Assembly (NCBI RefSeq): GCF_030684315.1
Contig: NC_081365.1
Coordinates: 39,027,830 to 39,091,829, forward strand
Direction: 5' to 3'
Source of the DNA: Stegostoma tigrinum
Lineage: Eukaryota
Length of the DNA: 64,000 nucleotides
The notes under the pieces were generated by a model. The model was not told where the DNA came from. It did not search any database and saw only the letters and a program-made list of their open reading frames with translations. This document shows positions 61,481-64,000 of this stretch, piece by piece (the first letter of the stretch is position 1; each line of letters starts with the position of its first letter). Both the position numbers and the translations under genes were made by a program.

Positions 61481-62639
61481 AGTGCAAAGTGATTGTGATT
61501 TGATGAACTAATTACTGTGTGTCATCTTTGTTGCAGCAGCACAAGGGAGAGGATCAAGCACTAAATGCTACATGCAGGAAATAATCAGAATGTTAATCTT
61601 TAGGAAATGGCTCCTGGATATGAGGCAAGACTGGTAAAGCCTGTGATTTCGAACCTGGGGAAAGAATGTGTAAGGGAAGAAGTTATAGAGTTTTTATGGT
61701 CATTTATGATTAAAAGATTGCATATTATATATCTGGCATGTTATTTTAAGTTAAATTGTAAAAGTGGGACAATATCAATACTAAATCATTGATCAGTTAC
61801 AGCACAGGAAGTTTCTGTATCCATGCTCTCTCTCAACTGATTTCTTCATATGCTCATCTCTTCAGATTCTTATCAATTCGTTTATGAAAGCCGTGATTGA
61901 ATCCGTTTACAGCATCTCAGCCAATGCATTCCAATCCTAACCACTTGCTATATATAAAAAAAGACCACTTGCTGCATATAAAATAAATTCTGCATTAAAC
62001 TCTACTTCCTTTTACCATTCATCTAACAGGTTTTTCAATTCTTGATTGTTTTGTCAATGGAAACAGTCCCTGCCTTTCTACCCTATTCAGACCCCTCCCC
62101 TGACTTGAACACATCTACCAAATCTCCTCTCAAACTTCTCTAAGGAGAACAACCCCAACTTCAAAGATGGCAAACATGAGATTACACAGCTGCCACATAC
62201 TAACACATCGCAACGGATGATTGGTAGGCAAAAAGTAAAGGAACAGTGGGCTAATATAAAAGAGGAGATGGTGCACATTAGGTGAAACTACATCCCCCAT
62301 GACAGTCAAAGGCATGGCAATCAAAGCCAGAGGTCCAAGGATGATGAAATACATAGAGGCTGGATATTTGCTGCAGCTGACACATCGACCGAGGAATCTG
62401 AGGTTGCATGCTGCTCCTTAACATGGGGAACCATGTGCCCAGGTCATTATTAAATGCTCAGAATATCTCAGAGCCAGACTGCTGCTGAGGTCCTGCCAGC
62501 ATTGAAACATGCACCTACTAATAAACTGGAGCAGCTGCCACTGGCAGTGGTCTATCACACTATCTTTTGTCCATGAGAAAAAACATAAGAGAGGATCCAA
62601 AGAGGTGAAGAATTAACCCATCTTCACATCATTGCCTCA

Positions 62640-64000
62640 AAAGAACATAGAACATTGAACCGTACAGCAAGCCCTTCAGCCCATGATGTTGTGTGGAACT
62701 TTTACCCTAAACCTAAGGTCTATCTAATCTCCACCCTATCTTATACTATCATTCATATGCCTATCTAGTAGCCACCTAAATGCCCCTAATGAGGCCGACT
62801 CCTCTACCCTCTAATGCATTCCATGCCCCTACCATTCTCTGAGTAAAGAATCTACCTCTGATATCTGCCCTATATCTACCTCCACTCACTTTAAAACTAT
62901 GTCCCCTTGTAATAGCTACCTCCACCCTAGGAAAAAGTTTCTGGCTGTCTACTCTATCTATACCTATGATCATTTTATACACCTCCATCAAGTCACCTTC
63001 AAAAGAGAAAAGCCCTAGTTGTCTCAGCCTTTCCTTGTAAGACCTTCCCTCCATTCCAGGCAACATTCTGGTAAATCTCCTCTGCCCCTTTTTCAATTCT
63101 TCCATATCTTTCCTGTAATGAGGCAACCAGAACTGGACACAATACTCCACATGTGGCTGAACCAGGGTTTTGTTAAGCTGGAGCATGACTTCACGGCTCT
63201 TGAACGCAATCTCTCTATTAATGAAAGCTAACACACCATATGCCTTCTTAACAACTCTATCCACCTGGGTGGCATCTTTCAGTGAACAGTGAACCCTGAG
63301 ATCCCTCTGCTCTTCCACACTGCCAAGAATCATTCCGTTAACTCTGTATTCTGCTTTCAATTTTGTCCCTCTAAAATGGAACACCTCACACTTTTCAGGG
63401 TTAACTCCATCTGGCACTTCTCAGCCAAGCTCTGCATCCTATCAATGTCCCTTTGTAACCTGGAACAGCCCTCCGCAATACCACAACTCGACCCACCTTC
63501 GTATTGTCCGTGAACTTACTAATCCACGCTTCCACTCCTACGTCCAAACCATTTACAAAAATCACAAATAGAAGAGAACTCAGAACAGATCCTTGTGGTA
63601 CACCACTCGTAACTGAGCACCATGTTGAATATTTTCTGTCCACTACCACACTTTGTCTTCTAAGGGTCAGCCAATTCTGAATCCAATCTGCCACATTTTC
63701 CCCTATCCCATGCCTCCTTACTTTCTGCATGAGCCAACCATGGGGAACCTTATCAAATGCCTTACTTAAATCCATGTATATCACATCCACTGCTCTACCC
63801 TCATCCATGTGTTTGGTCACTTCTTCAAAGAATTCAGCAAGGTTTGTGAGGCATGATTTACCCCTCACAAATCCATGCTGACTATTACAAATCAAACTAT
63901 GCTCTTCTAAGTGATCATAAATCCTAACTCTAAGAACCCTTTCCAATAATTTGCTCACCACTGACGTAAGACTAATTGGCCTGTAATTCCCAGGGTTATC
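62640..64000 (-). mobile_element. CR1 RT and 3' end, continues beyond the window
   Basis: ORFs 63401-63961 (SQHGF, GVPQGSVL) and 62776-63417; tail GAACATAGAACA at ~62643. Confidence 0.9.

Overview
Eukaryotic, repeat-rich genomic DNA, most likely from a shark. This rests on HE1/SacSINE-like tRNA SINEs, many CR1/HER1-type LINE fragments and abundant Penelope-like element (PLE) termini. One intact host gene lies on the minus strand: a 5-exon B7/butyrophilin-family IgV-IgC gene (about 35520 to 12250, 242 aa). It has an intron-split start codon, an ISRE-containing promoter and no obvious transmembrane exon in its simplest model. A deleted pseudogene duplicate lies upstream of it (about 36570-42430), and an orphan TRIP12 HECT exon sits at 6173-6334. 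The most striking structure is an 11.1-kb palindrome in intron 2 (20796-31895). It is a fold-back PLE pseudo-LTR (pLTR) insertion with a 9-bp TSD, in which each arm's hammerhead-ribozyme motif carries a full-length Tx1-clade retrotransposon at the same position, with a 15-16-bp duplication of GGTGACGAAACGTCTG. An empty copy of the same target is at 43420-43725. Each Tx1 starts 2 nt after the predicted hammerhead cleavage site and begins with a diverged copy of the target's own downstream sequence. Together these suggest a Tx1 family specialised to insert into, and possibly be processed by, Penelope hammerhead ribozymes. Boundaries of degraded repeats are approximate, and all family names come from visual recognition, not database searches.
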